Origin: Podarcis liolepis
Lineage: Eukaryota
NCBI GenBank assembly: GCA_965112155.1
Contig: OZ218099.1
Strand: one strand, 5' to 3'
Length of the DNA stretch: 64,000 nucleotides
How positions within the stretch are numbered: the first letter of the stretch is position 1; each line of letters begins with the position of its first letter. Shown here piece by piece: positions 25,301 to 39,242 of the stretch. A program made the translations under genes and the position numbers. The notes beneath the pieces were generated by a model, which saw nothing but the letters and a program-made list of their open reading frames with translations, ran no database searches and was not told where the DNA came from.

Positions 25301-27081
25301 TGAGCAGCAGCTGTATTGTGCATATGTGGCTATTTTCACTGTGTTCTCAGGGCGTTGCCATCTTGAATATGGCTATACATGTATAGTGAGATTACCTAGA
25401 CACCTGAATTAGGAAGATGGTGAGGTAGACTGAATAAAATAAGTTGTAGATAATGTATTGGAACTGGCCAATATTGCAAGAGCTCAGTGGGCTTAGGTTA
25501 GGAAGTAAAGATGTGAGACAGATAAGATGCAGACTATACAAATAGTATGTGTTTTGCTCAAAATAGACTCTTAGGAATCAAAATTACAATTGATGCTATG
25601 TTTATTTTTTTAAGTCTTGACAGATAATTGACTATACTAAAGACAATAGATGAAACTTGGATTGCATGCAAAGATCATGCAGATTCCGATCTGGAATATT
25701 CACTAGTTGTTTTTTTTTACTCCTCATCAATATCACTTTGGGAAGAAAAATGGAGTCCTGAAGGTAAAAGTGACTTTCTCAACTACATCTGCATCAACTA
25801 CATTATTTTATTTTTAGACTAGTCTTTTTTCCACTGGGCATCTCCTAGCTCCACAGTATATTTTTGTTTATAAAAATATGGTATATTGGGGAATATACCA
25901 TATATACCCAATTGGCGAACCCAGTGGAAAGTTGTTCATGAAGCTGAGGTTTCTAACAGTAACCACGCCACCAGGATAATGCATACCTTGTACAGTATGT
26001 AGAACACTATTCACTTGCCCCTGCAATTCCCAGAAATTGTGATTTTTGGATTGTCTTGGTAAAAAAGAGGGGACATAACAGCACTCTTTTACAAGAGAGA
26101 GCTGTATTGTTGTCAGTGCATGACCTTTGTAATGTTTCTTTCAGTAACAGGAATAACATTTAAACTCTGCCCTTCTTCCAAGCCATGTGCCTTGTGGACT
26201 GTAAATATGTAAAGTATTATCTTCCTGGCTGAAACTAACCTGTTCCTTTTCTGACCTGAGTCTCAAAACATGTACCCAGTTACTGTATTTCTGAACATCT
26301 TTTGGCCTGTGAAGTGTTGCAGAGGACCAGGAATTGCGTGTTAAGCAATTTGGAAGAAAAGTAATGGCAAAGTGATGGTTTTCAAGGAAGCATACCTTTA
26401 TTACACACACCCAGAACAGTTTACATAGGACTCCTTGATTCAGTCATTTTAACAGGCCAAATCTGCTTAGTTGCAATAGTAGAATTCCATTGTCTGCTGT
26501 GAGACTATTCTCTATATAACTCTGCATTGTATAAAGAGTCTGTGTAAAATTCCATTTTCATACTCCTGCCAAGTCAGGAAGCGTCTCTAATATATGTATA
26601 TTTTATGCTAATTTAACATACTTCATTGGCCACATACCCAATACTTTGAAATATGAGTATACATCTGAGAGTCGCACCTATGCCTATAAAAGATCCAGGA
26701 AAACATCATGTGGGAGACAAGATGAACAAACTATGGAGCTACTCCAGCAGTACTCTGTGTGCATGTGCTGCCCAAAATTGTATAAGATGGCTTTTCCCCC
26801 TTAGTCCTTTGTATATGTATGAAAGAGGTAGAGTAGAAAGAATCTGCTCCAGTCTTTCAAAAGTAAAATGAGGAGGGGACTTGAGATTTAGATGAACGTT
26901 ATCTTTTTTAACAGAAAAAACTGTTCTTATAACTTGGACTCCTGTTTGTTTTCTGTTTCCCTATTGTTTTTTTACAAATGTCAAATATGATGTCCCCAAA
27001 ACATGAGAATCAGGTAGGGAAGGCATGGTCTATCATTTTAAAGCAATCTGAAAGATGAAATAAATCACAAGTATATGCTGT

Positions 27082-27213
27082 ACTACTTTTCTAGAAAAAC
27101 AGGTGCTGGAACTCATCAGGAACACCTTCCCCTTTCTCTTAAAATGGCAATGGCACTCACCTGAGAGGTGTCAGAACTGAGTTCCGGTGTGTTACCCCTG
27201 GAAAAAAAGCCCC
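27082..27213. mobile_element. hAT-like MITE
   Basis: Reverse-complement relative of 17614-17705 (tgagaggtg...gaactgagttccggtg, ggaaaaaaagccc end). Confidence 0.55.
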
Positions 27214-28009
27214 ATATCCACCCTTCTGCCACTACCACTACTGAACCCAAACACCAGTGTTCAAAACTTTATCAGAAGATATGTTGCTTGAACCACACAA
27301 ACACAGTGAAATTGATTTCCTGAGGAGTATTGCCCATTGTGTTTTTTAAAGAAACCCAGTGAATAGAAATACTTTGTGGCTTGTCTGTTAAAGTTCTGGA
27401 TTCTCTTGATGCTTTGGTTCCATTTCAAAGGCAAAGGGTGTGTTGGGTTCAGGGTGTTGGGGCCAAGACACTTGAAAATACAGAAGACACAGGGTTAGCC
27501 ATAGCATATATTTCCCCCCACAAGCTGGAAATACATAGGAATTGGAAACTTGATTTACAATTGGTCCTTTGTGGTAGGGATTTAAAATCAGTTATTTATT
27601 TTAGATCAATCTGCCTTTCTACAGACCATTGTTTTTGGTAGGGAGCATGCTAGTAATTGCACATTTGTGCTGCCTACCAGGAACATTTGACTGGATTGAT
27701 CAATATAGATTTTTAAAGTCACCAGGAAAAGGGTCAATTTTAAATCAATGAGTTAAACCAAATTTCCACTTTTCTAATTCATCTATTAACATGCATCCTA
27801 ACTGGTTGTTGTAGCAATTAAAACATCTTCATACAACCTATGAATATAATCCAGAACCTCTGATCATGTAGCCTACATGGCCTTTGTACAAAAGGACTTT
27901 ATGCAGATTTGGAATAGTTTTAAAATTAGGAGTTCCTGGTGTTCTTGCATATGCAAGGACACTTAGCAAGATCACTTACATGAAGATTAAGTAACCAGAA
28001 GTTTATTGT

Positions 28010-28203
28010 TGTTAGCTACATTTATATCCAATCTTTCCTACAAGTATAAGACAGCATGCATAGCTCCCACCTTCCATTTTATACTCACAACAGTCCTACA
28101 AGGTAGAGTAGTGACTGGTCTAAAATCACTTCATGGCCAAGTGAAGATTTGAACCCAGTAATCCCCAGCCTCAGTCCAACATTCTAAACACTATATCACA
28201 CTG
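28010..28203 (-). mobile_element. MIR-like SINE
   Basis: ccattttatactcacaacagtcctacaaggtag...gatttgaaccca...actatatcacactg. Confidence 0.6.
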
Positions 28204-30472
28204 TCCATTTCAGTGGAAAAGGGAAATGCTCTTCGGTTGACTTCTAAATATTCATGGCTTCCTCAGTGATAACTAGAATATATATTACATGTGTCATATC
28301 TGTAATATGTGATCTTGAAAGTTGCATATGTTTGCCCTTTGTTTCTATTTTTAATACAATATTCCTTCTACAGAGTCAATTGCTTTAAACATGTTTGAAC
28401 TGAATTTATATTTTGTTTTAAACCACAAAACAAACCTAATTAATCTTTTGGAGAGAGAAAAAGTTGTTTCAGAGAAAAAAAATGGTTTTTACTGTTCCAT
28501 CCTGTGGTGCATAATCCTCTCCAGATTTTTATAGACACCAGCTATCAAGGAATCTGGCAGAGGTGCCAGAAGTTTCAGTATCAGTCTTGGGGCCATTTCA
28601 CATCTACAAACGTGACTTCCATTACAAATCTATGCAGTTAGTCTACATAGAGTGAATGTTTGCCTGTGAATTACTACAAGGATAAATAGATTGTATTCAT
28701 AGTAGAGCATCAGTGCAGTTTGTCCCATTCATGGTAGTGATTTATGCTTGTGAAACATGAAGGGCTGAATTGTGCTACCATTCTACCTGTGTACATTCAA
28801 TCTCAGCTAAAAGAAACCCGTGCATTAGTATTCCATGTGCACCCTTCTTTTCTCATAAAGTCAGTGTTGTTTTGTGCAAGGATTTTTGGATGGCAGGGGG
28901 GAAATGGGAGTTCATGGTGGCTTGCATCTTTTTAAAATCAAGCCATCTGCCTTCCTGATCTTGCTTTTGCAGTCAGACAGTACTAATGTCTCTTCCTGTA
29001 GAAACTTGCAGAGGAGTAGCCAAATGAGTCTGTGCTCTTAATAGTTCATGGCCGTGTATGCTGTAATAACTTTTTAGTCTTAAAGGTGGTAGATAACTCT
29101 TTGCTGTTTATCCTTTTGGTAGAAAACATCTGGTGTGTAGGGTAACATTTATGTGAGAATGAACAAGCAATAAAGTCTCCTGTAGCAACAGAGAGGCATC
29201 TTCATTTAACAGGATGCTCAAAGGAGGTAACAGAGAAGGCCTGGGATCTGTGCCAGAATTTCCAAAGAGAATCCAAGATGCACTTAGATTCTTGGTGCTT
29301 TTGTTGTGACTCGATGAATGTGATTTCTCTCATCTGTATCTTGCAGATAAAATTTCCCTCAGGCCAACAGTGGCTAATGATGCAGCCTGCAACAGGGTTG
29401 GCAGGAAGACATGGCTGGGTGTGGGGAAGCAGAAATGAGCTTTGGCAGGATGAACAGAGTGTTTATTGTAATAGCCCGGGAGATCTTGGTAAGCATGCAA
29501 AAGCCCTTGAATTAGTCAGGCCCGTTTCCTGATAAGCGCTTCAGTTTCCTCTTTAGTTCCTCTTGCATACGAACGAATCCAGAACTTTCTGTGCCAGAAT
29601 AGACATGATGTCATTGAATGTGCCATCCCCCACCCTTTTCTTCCTACCAACTAAGGGAGTTGGTGCTGGCCTTCCTCTTTCTTATTTTGCTGCTACTAGG
29701 GCTCGGCACAAATGATGATAAATGCAAAACTTTTAAATATCAATGAAACAACCATTACATTCCTGTATACTTTCGCTACAGCAACAGTAGACCAAAATAA
29801 ACTTCTAACTGTGCTGTGCCTCGTCCTTTATTCAGATTCATTAGCATCAGTTACTTCTGCCCATTAAGAATTCAGAAGGGGGGAAATGTACTTCAGTCAA
29901 AAAAGTTAAGTAACTTGCATTCAGCAGTGAGTTAGGGCAAGGTGGCAATAAGGGAGGTGCACACAGACCTTTTGTTCCTCTTAAGGTTTTGTTGGGCTGC
30001 AAGCATGCAGACAGGGGAAGGCTGTATTGAGCCCTGTCAGAATCATCCCTCTGTGGGGGCTGGTACGATCAGATTGTTCACTTCTTATTTTCTCCACATC
30101 ACATATTTTTTTTTATTTGGAGATCACATTTTAGAGCACGGGTCTGAATCTAGAAGATAAAGATTTTTTTAAAAAAGCATTGCAGATCTAGTACTGTACT
30201 GTATTAAAACAAACACAGATTGTGCTACAATGTAATTTGCACACACTTGATACATTCTGCTGATGAATTCCTGGCCTGACCTTCAACACTTTCCCACCAA
30301 CCCTTTAGTATAGGCAATGTTATTTTGCCACCCCCCCCCCCCAATTATTCTGTTTGCTTCACAATTTTGGGAAACTTGGTGTCTAGAACTGAAATTGATC
30401 AGCCTAGGTGAGATTTTTGTCAAGAGCTTGCTTGTTATTTTGTGCTGAGGAAATCACCAGATATTCATTATA

Positions 30473-30715
30473 CAGTGATACCTCGGGTTACATATGCTTC
30501 AGGTTACATATGCTTCAGGTAACAGACTCCGCTAACCCAGAAATAGTGCTTCAGGTTAAGAACTTTGCTTCAGGATGAGAACAGAAATCGTGCTTCGGCG
30601 GCACGGCAGCAGCAGGAGGCCCCATTAGCTAAAGTGGTGTTTCAGGTTAAGAACAGTTTCAGGTTAAGTACGGACCTCCGGAACGAATTAAGTACTTAAC
30701 CCAAGGTTACCACTG
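30473..30715. mobile_element. Tc1/mariner (Tigger-like) MITE
   Basis: TA|cagtgatacctcgggtta...taacccaaggttaccactg|TA; near-identical copy at 56345-56570. Confidence 0.9.
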
Positions 30716-31223
30716 TATTTGTGTTATGTGTACTGTTAGAATGCAGGAGTCTTAGGGTAATTTAAGAAACAAGCTGAAATTGTATAGTTGTTTTTAACAG
30801 TGTATTTCATATTATATTACAACATATGAATAAAACTTGGGGTCCTTTTATGGGAGACCATATGGATGATACATATGTACCCCTGTCTCTTTCAGATGTG
30901 TTGGGCATTTGAAAAATGTTTGTAGGAGGTCTTCCAATAAACTTTTCATTTGGGAGCAAAGCATAACAGCACACCTTAAAATCAGTAAAATCACAGGTTG
31001 TGTACGAGTGAGAAAGATGATGTTTAAGAACAGAGAATTGTATTTTTTGTCTCATTGTACCTCAGGAATTATGAACTGGAGTTGTTGCTTAATTGAATTT
31101 TCACCTGTCCAGGAAGGCCAACTTTATTATAGAAGTAGATGCCATGAAGAATGAAGAGGTGGAGGGGGGGCACTGTTGTTGCCATAAATTCCCTTCTAAT
31201 ATCTATTGGGTTATTTGGAAGAC

Positions 31224-31571
31224 AGGTGGTGCTGTGGTCTAAACCACTAAGCCTCTTGGGCTTGCCGATCAGAAGGTTGGCGGTATGAATCCCCGCAATG
31301 GGGTGAGTTCCCGTTGCTTTGTCCTAGCTTCTGCCAATCTAGAGTTCAAAAGCACACCACTGCAAGTAGATAAATAGGTACTGCTGTAGCAGGAAGGTAA
31401 ACAGCATTTCCAAGCACTCTGGCTTCTGTTCTGTTGCACCAGAAGCAGTTTAGTTATGCTGGCCACATCACCTGGAAAGCTGTCTGTGAGCAAACGCTGG
31501 CTCCCTTGGCCTGAAGCAAGATGAGCGTCGCACGCCTTTGACTGGACTTAACCATCCAGGGTCATTTATCG
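31224..31571 (+). mobile_element. Sauria SINE
   Basis: Homologous to 5400-5739; flanked by an atttggaagac direct repeat (31213-31223, 31572-31582). Confidence 0.88.
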
Positions 31572-32068
31572 ATTTGGAAGACTAGCAATCCTTAACTAGC
31601 AATCTATATTGTAATGTCTATTCACTTAACTGATTTGCTTGGACTATACTCCGAATAACCATGGAACCCATAACAGTAGGGATTCAAGGTTGCAGAGAGT
31701 AAAGAAACTAACCAAATGTTTATGTGTAGGTTATTGTAACAGCTATGAAAACAAAGCCTGCCCTTTTTGTGTGAACGGAAATAACTATTCCTGGTTCACG
31801 AGTCATGTGTGTCAGCATGGCGCAGCAGCAGAAAGGACCACGGAGGAGCAAAGCCTCTGCAAGCTCCCTCTCTGGAAGCCCACTCATTTGTGCTAAGCTA
31901 AGTGTGATGTGTGGAAGAGGTGAATGCATTTCAGAAAAGGACTCTGTGTATCCAAGGGAGTATTTCTTGCATTATTTCCCCCTGATTTTTATTACGATGT
32001 TTGCATGAGGTCTTGCTTTGGATCTCATTGGGAAGTAAGATTGGTCTATGTATGGGGTAGGTATGGAA

Positions 32069-32196
32069 CAGGGTTTCCCCAGACTTGGATTTCCAGCAGT
32101 TTTGGACTACAACACCCATCATCCCTAGCTGGCAGAACCAGTGGTCATGGATGGTAGGAACTGTAGTATAAAAACAGCTGGAGACCCACTTTTGGG
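32069..32196. mobile_element. hAT-Charlie (URR1-like) MITE
   Basis: ggactacaacacccatcatccc...ggaactgtagt palindromic core, same family as 33527-33662. Confidence 0.65.
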
Positions 32197-33526
32197 TTGT
32201 TGTTGGAAACAATAGAGGAGTGCACCTTGGGGGGTGAAGTCAAACTGCTGGAACGTTGCAGCACCTGCTGTGGCTGTAGAGACTGATATGGGAGAGACAA
32301 AAAGTTTTGCAGCTGGGGTTTCTTTTTAAATGGTGTTTTATACTTTTATTATTACATTGGTTTGGCACTCTTATACATTAAGATTTTTTAAAATTTTTGC
32401 ATATATATTCAAACTTGTTTTTTCACAACTGGTGCTTTTATTTTCCCCTTCCCCCCATTAGTGTTTACTTTTCTCTAGAGCCAGTAACCATCTCATTGGG
32501 TTGTTCATGAAGGGGAGGTTTATTCACTTTGGGTTCCCACCCCCTAAATATTCATTTCCACTGCTACAAACCTTACAGTTCCCTCAAGCTGATAGCCAAA
32601 TAGCTAAAACGGAAACAATCATTCAACTTTCTTGAAGCATTTTTAGGAAGCTCATTTTTACAGTGAACTGACCTTTCTACAACATAAAAACATTGCCTTT
32701 CATCCAAAATGTCTTAAGGCTGCAGAGTGTGCACGGAGCTTCTCAAAGGAGGGGCTGCCCCAATTACGGTGTTGGAATGTGTGCAGTGCATGCATGGCAT
32801 GTAACTGAATCCTTGGCCTGTACAGAGCTGGATGGGCACATTAGTCTGGGGGTCAGGTTTATTTGATTTTGTTGTCTCCTATGACAAAAAGAGGGAGAAA
32901 AGATAGTGAAAAGGAAGAAGAGTACTTGCCAAAGTAACAAAAATTGTGGTGTTTTTTATTTTTTGTAAATTGCCTTAGAATTTGAGGCAAGGGCATTTCA
33001 GTCAAAAAATATTTTGAGTCAGGAATGCAGAAATCAAACATTGTCTGGGTTTCCAGTTGAATGCTGCTTTTAGGCTACCCATAGGCATCTTCTTGGCCAT
33101 TGTGAGAACAGGATGCTGGGCTAGATGGACCATTGGCCTGATCCATGAGACACAGTGATATGGTAACATCCAAAGGAATAACTTTCATAAATACATTAAA
33201 AAAACTGGTGCAGTGAAGGAGCTCCCCCCCCCCCCGACTGGTGTAAACAGTGGGGATACGAAACTGCCTTAGTTTAACCACCAGGGACCAATTAACTCTT
33301 TCTGGAGTCCTTAGGAGAAATTGGTTCTGGCATGTACCAGCTTCCTGCTTGTGGCTCAGTACTGTGGATTATGTTGGTTATTCTATGATGGTCAACCTTT
33401 TCAGGCCCATTTGTGTACCCTCTATTATTTTTAACTTAAATGGTGCTGATATTTTGACTTGCCTTAGGTCTGGCTGTGACCCAGTAATAGATCCCCATCC
33501 ACCAGTTGAAGATCTATGGTTTATGG

Positions 33527-33662
33527 CAGGCACGGTCAAACTTGGCCCTCCAGATGTTTTGGGACTAAAATTCCCATCATCCCTGACCACTGGCCCTGTT
33601 AGCTAGGGATGATGAGAGTTGTAGTCCCAAAACATCTGGAGGGCCACGTTTGGCCATGCCTG
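33527..33662. mobile_element. hAT-Charlie (URR1-like) palindromic MITE
   Basis: caggca...tgcctg termini; long internal inverted repeat ggccctccagatgttttgggact/agtcccaaaacatctggagggcc; TSD gtttatgg/gtctatag. Confidence 0.85.
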
Positions 33663-34004
33663 GTCTATAGGAAGTTGGTAAGTCTTTCCTTTGGTCCAAG
33701 TGTTGAACTAAATCTTTTGCACCTTCCAATGCAGATTATTTTAATGTTGTGAGGCCCCCCCCCCAAAATGTAATGTTGATATGATGGTGCTCAAAATTAG
33801 CTTCTACACTGAATGCTGTTAAAAAAGAACTCTCAGAACTGTTCAGTAGTAGCAATATCAATAGCATCCAGGTGAAACTGCCGCTTGTTCATGGACAGCA
33901 GTGGGATTGCATCAGCTATCCAGCTCTAGGGAAATGGGCAGATAATTTGTAACTTATGCCAAACAGAGATGGAATTGATTAAAGATTGGGCCTACTTTAA
34001 CTAA

Positions 34005-34208
<204 letters not shown>

Positions 34209-37200
34209 TAGGTATACAGTTCCCACAGCCCACTCTTTGTTTTCCTAGTGTTCAGAATATATCTATCTCTTGAAGAGAGGAACGGGATTCCAAAAATTGT
34301 TATGTGCAAGTTTATATTGCATGTATACTGTCTTGTTCTTCATGTCAAATAGTCTATGATTAAGTCATTTACAGCACATGGCTTTCTATATCAGTGCATT
34401 TAAACTGTCATAGTATTTGGAGACCCTTTGCTAAAGAGAAGAGATGACAAATGTAATTTATGTTTGGTTTCTGGCTTGCCTACTGCATCATAAAAATGAC
34501 TGTTACATTTATTGCAGTTAAAGATGGTAAAGATTTTCTTAAAAGAAGCTGTGTCTTTAAGATTCTGAGAGGTTTTAGGCAAAAGTTGTTATGCTTTCTG
34601 TTTTATCTGGCTTCTGGTTATGTTTATGAAGTCAAAGTAATGACTCCAGTGGTTAAAGGCTGAAATTGTTCTAGTGTGTAAATACATGCAATTAGGATTA
34701 AATCCCAGTGCAGTGGGGTTTGAGTTGTGGGATATTTTATAGCCAAGGATCTCAAATGTTCTTTGCCATTAAAGTATAAAAGCAAATATCCAGATTCTTC
34801 TGCAGGAAATATTTTTAAAAGCAGCAACAGGGGAATCAAATAATATTTAAGAGGAGGAAATTGTCCAAGTGTTCAAACCCTGAGGGAAAAAGGCAATTTA
34901 TTAACTGCTGGTTTGTTGCCACAAAGACATTTGGAAAGAGTACCATCTGTAAAATATGTAAAACTCACAAATAATTTTTCAAATGTTGTGAGTTCATTGA
35001 TACAGAGATGTGGGGTGTTTGTGTTTAAAGGTTTCTTTTTTATACCCCAAAAATGTATCCCCAAAAGATGTATACAGGCAACGAGCATTTTATGCTTGTT
35101 CAGTATGTGTGTAGCTGCACACATGTGCATCATTGCAACCTGGAAGCGGCCGGAAAAGGGGGGTCGGAGATGTAACAGGGCTCTGCTGATGGGCACAGGT
35201 TAGGAACATAACCCCCGTGCAAAACGGCCATTGTCTCTGTCGTATCACAAGCTGCCAGATTTGATTTGAATAACTATTAGGTGTAATCAACATTTTGATG
35301 AATGCAAGAGTTGGAATTGCTTCAGTTAAAACTGAACTAGTGTTCTTTGTGTACACAAGGTTGTGTGGGCTTGTAGCTCCCCCCCTTAAAAAAAGACATT
35401 CTGCAATTTTGGCACTTTGGCTTAGAGAAGTGAGTATTAGTGGTATAAAACTTACTCATATGTAAGCACAAAGAAAATGGAATTGTGCATGTATTCAGAA
35501 GGGCTAATAGAAGACATTTTGGAGCATATATTTATACTTGTATTCCACTTGTCTTTCCATCATGTATAACAGGATGCCCAAAGCAGCTTAAAATCAATAT
35601 AATTTTCAAAAAATATCAAAATTGGAAACAAAAAGCAAACAGCAGTTAAGAAGAAAGGAAATTTACAAAAAGCTTCAGCTCAAAATTCAGACAAATTATA
35701 AGCTTGAATAAAATTGTCTTTACCTGGCATCTAAATGCCACCAGAGAGGAATCAGCCAGGTTCCCTGGGGCAAGGTCCTCCAGAGTCCTGGCACCACTAG
35801 AGGAGGCAATGTTAGAGGAGAGGTAGCTCTAGGGGGGTGGTCGCACTGGGCACGTAACTTTTGGGGCACAGGAGCAAGCTCCACCACTATTGCTCCAAGG
35901 TAGAGTGGGAGGTGGGTGGCTAGATTTTGGCATTGCACAGGGTGCCACTGAAATTTGAGATGCCAAGGTCCACCAGTGGTTAGAGGGGGTTTGGGTGTGG
36001 TAGCGATATCTTTGCTGGTGAGGATGAGGCCCCCACTGTGCCTGCTGAAAGCACAGTGGAGTGCATTCAACTGCCTAAGGTGTTTCTACCAGCATTTACT
36101 GTTGTAGTACCCTGAAAAAGAGCACTGTGCACAAGCTGGGATAGGGTTGGTGATGGATCTGCTGGATCCAAAGCAGGCCTGTTTCCTGGAGCTAGCAAAA
36201 CAAAGTGGAAAATTACAGCCCTTCGGCTTCTACCCTGGCCAACAGGGCTGTGGATGTGGCAGTGAATCCATTGGTTCACTACCACCCCAGCTGCAACGTG
36301 GATTGCTGTGTAAGTCCTTCAGGTCAGAGGAAGATGAGATTCAAGCAAGAAGATAGTATTTCTTGTACTGCTATAGCACAATGAACGTGCTGTTAAGAAT
36401 TCTGCACAGAATGCACAAGGCTATGTCAGTGGATGTCCAAATACATAGCGAACTCATTGTCAACTCCCAGGGAAAGGGTTTTCTTTGTTTTATAGAGCTT
36501 TTTGATGGTGGTGGAATTGCAAAACTCTGGCAAAACTTAAGAACAGTTCAGCAGCTGTGTCCATTATATTTGGGAGTTTTCATTTTTTGCAACAAGTAAT
36601 TCTAACTTTTAGACCTTAAGGACTTGAGAATTGTTTTTGCATATGGAGACAGGGCTTTTAAAAATATTTTTTAAAAGCTTTGTTTTTACCTCCTATTTAT
36701 TTACAGCAAAATACAAGTTTATTTATTTTTAACATCCAGACAAAATTCTCATGGAATTGATTGGTTGCAAAGAGTACAGTTGGTGCTTTAATTTTTTTGG
36801 TAGTAAATAGAGGTGGGAGCTTGATCTTTTTTCAGTTATTTTTTGTGTTTATTTTGGAGCAACCTGATCTCATTATACATTTTAATGATGTGAATGAAGA
36901 GTGATTGCATCCAGTAAAGCTGATGTTGCAGTAAGTTCAGGACTGACAAAAGGAAATGCTTCTTCACACATTTAACTTTTGGAATTCACTGCCATAATAT
37001 TTGCTTCAATGCTTCTTGCTTACAGCCACTGCAGTGCTGTAAGCTCGGACAAGGGAAACTGAGGTTTAGATCCCTGCTCAGCTGTGAAGCTTACTGGCTG
37101 AACCTGGGCACCTTTCATTCTGTTGGATGATTGTGGGCACCCTGAGCTCCTTGAAGATACAATATATAAATGCAACGAATTATCCTAATTCATGAAGGTT

Positions 37201-39057
37201 GGTCTGTGAACAGCTGTGAATAGCCACGCTAGCTGCCCTAAATGACACCATATTTAGAGGCAGTATGCTTCTCAATTTTGAATCCAGGGGATAAGCAAGG
37301 GTTGGCCATCACAAAAAAGGAAATAAATCCCAACAATCTGAAGTCTTGATAAAAAGATTGGGTTCAAAACATAGTTGCAAACTAATGTAAACACACACAG
37401 AGAGAGAAACAGAGAGAGAGAGAAGGGCAGGATTCACCTAAGAAGCCCCTTCAGCAGAAGTCATGCACAAGAACTCCTGCTTGCACAATGGGACTCCCCC
37501 CCCTTTCCCTGTGTACCCCTCAAAATTGGCTCAAATCAGTCAGGAGAGCCCCCAGAACAGCAGAAAGAGGAGAGGGGGATTGTTCTATCTGGCAAGCTGA
37601 AATGCTTACACAGATGGAATAGAACAGTGTTGAATTCCACCAAATATAATTTAATGGAATCTAATGACAATTAAAAACAAACAATGCTATTTATAACCAA
37701 AGCAAAAGCATACAAATGCAAACAGTGTATATTAGCAAAATAACTGAACAGATGTAGCTCATAAGATATCACAGATCGCTGGAATGTCAAGAAACAAAAC
37801 AAATAAAACTTGCAAACTATCCCAAGACTCAAAGATATTTTGATATTGGTCTTCCTCACTGGTCTTTACTATGTGCATGAAAACTGTTTGGTGGAAAAAG
37901 TAACTGTAACTCAACAAACATGAAGCCAAATGTACAAATTAAGAAAGTAACACTACCTGCTGATACAAAATATAATAATAATAAATATTATTATTTATTC
38001 AAAATAATACATTTAAAAACTCAGATGCTGCCTTCCCAAATGGAGCCTTAAAAGAGCAGAAAACATATCAAGTTACAATAAACTATACAGTGAAGAAAAA
38101 CAATATAATGTTAATATAAATTCTATCCTTCAAATGATACTTACAAATATCTTTTAAAAACTAATGTTAGAACTGCTTCATAAATGTCATAACTTTCTAC
38201 ATGAATATAAATTCCATGTAGGAAATTGCTTGCATGTACCTCACGGTATGTGATGCACACCATGTCTGTTTCTCCATCATGAGAAGCTTTAGCTTGTTCT
38301 GTGATATATACATATGATGAAACAGAAACATTTGCTAAGTGAGATAGGGTATATATAGGGTACATGAAATTTCCCACATGAAAATTATGTAAATTGTCCA
38401 ATTACATATATCTAGCTTGCCTTTCCAACATTTTGGTCCATATGTCTTACGATGACACCGTATACCAAAAATATAATTAACATTCACATACAGTGAAAAT
38501 CCAATCCATAATGAAACACTAGTCTTTTGATTACCAGAAAATATTTCATGGCTTTGTATAAGTCCAGCAGATGCCCGTATTGTTGGTGCCTGAATCTCTG
38601 AAGCCTTGGGAGAAGTACATTCTTCTCTGAGCAGGGTGTTCATGGGTGAAACGACCCTTAGTCAAGCTGAAGCTTGGCTTGTAAACCTTGGGAATTGCTC
38701 CCCCCAGTTTTTAAAACAGGAGGCTACTATACTCCATACCAAATGGAGAACATTTTGCTTAAGGTAAATACGTACTCTTCTAATAGGCAGGTCAAATAAA
38801 GAAATGTTTGTTGAAATTTACTCAAATCCTAACTCTTTTGCAAAAGGAGTATAAAAAACATATATTTGCTCCATTATTGTAATACTTTACTTTACAGCCT
38901 AAAGTAACTAAAATGTATAAGAGAAATCTGTACTAAATATGCTGGTTTGCTGATCAGTTATGGTGGATGAAAGAACTGTCTTATTGTGGAATAAATTGCA
39001 CATGACATTTGTCATTGTAAACGTGTTTATCAGACTGGTTTGTTATTATTTAATCAG

Positions 39058-39242
39058 GCAAATTGGAGACAACTTGATAGTCCCTGGTGGAGTGAAGACC
39101 ATAGAAGCCAATGGAAGGATGGTTATACCTGGAGGGATTGATGTCAACACTCATTTGCAGATGCCATACAAGGGGATGACAGCAGTGGATGACTTTTTCC
39201 AAGGGACAAAAGCAGCCTTGGCGGGTGGGACCACCATGATCA
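39058..39242 (+). CDS. DPYSL3: DPYSL3 exon 3
   Basis: cag|G CAA ATT; [11 protein letters not shown]...MPYKGM...GGTTMI; A|gtaagt; 185 nt. Confidence 0.97.

Noticed and set aside
29005-29110. Possible third Penelope-like remnant (tagtcttaaaggtg)
   Set aside because: Too degenerate; no hammerhead core or TSD.
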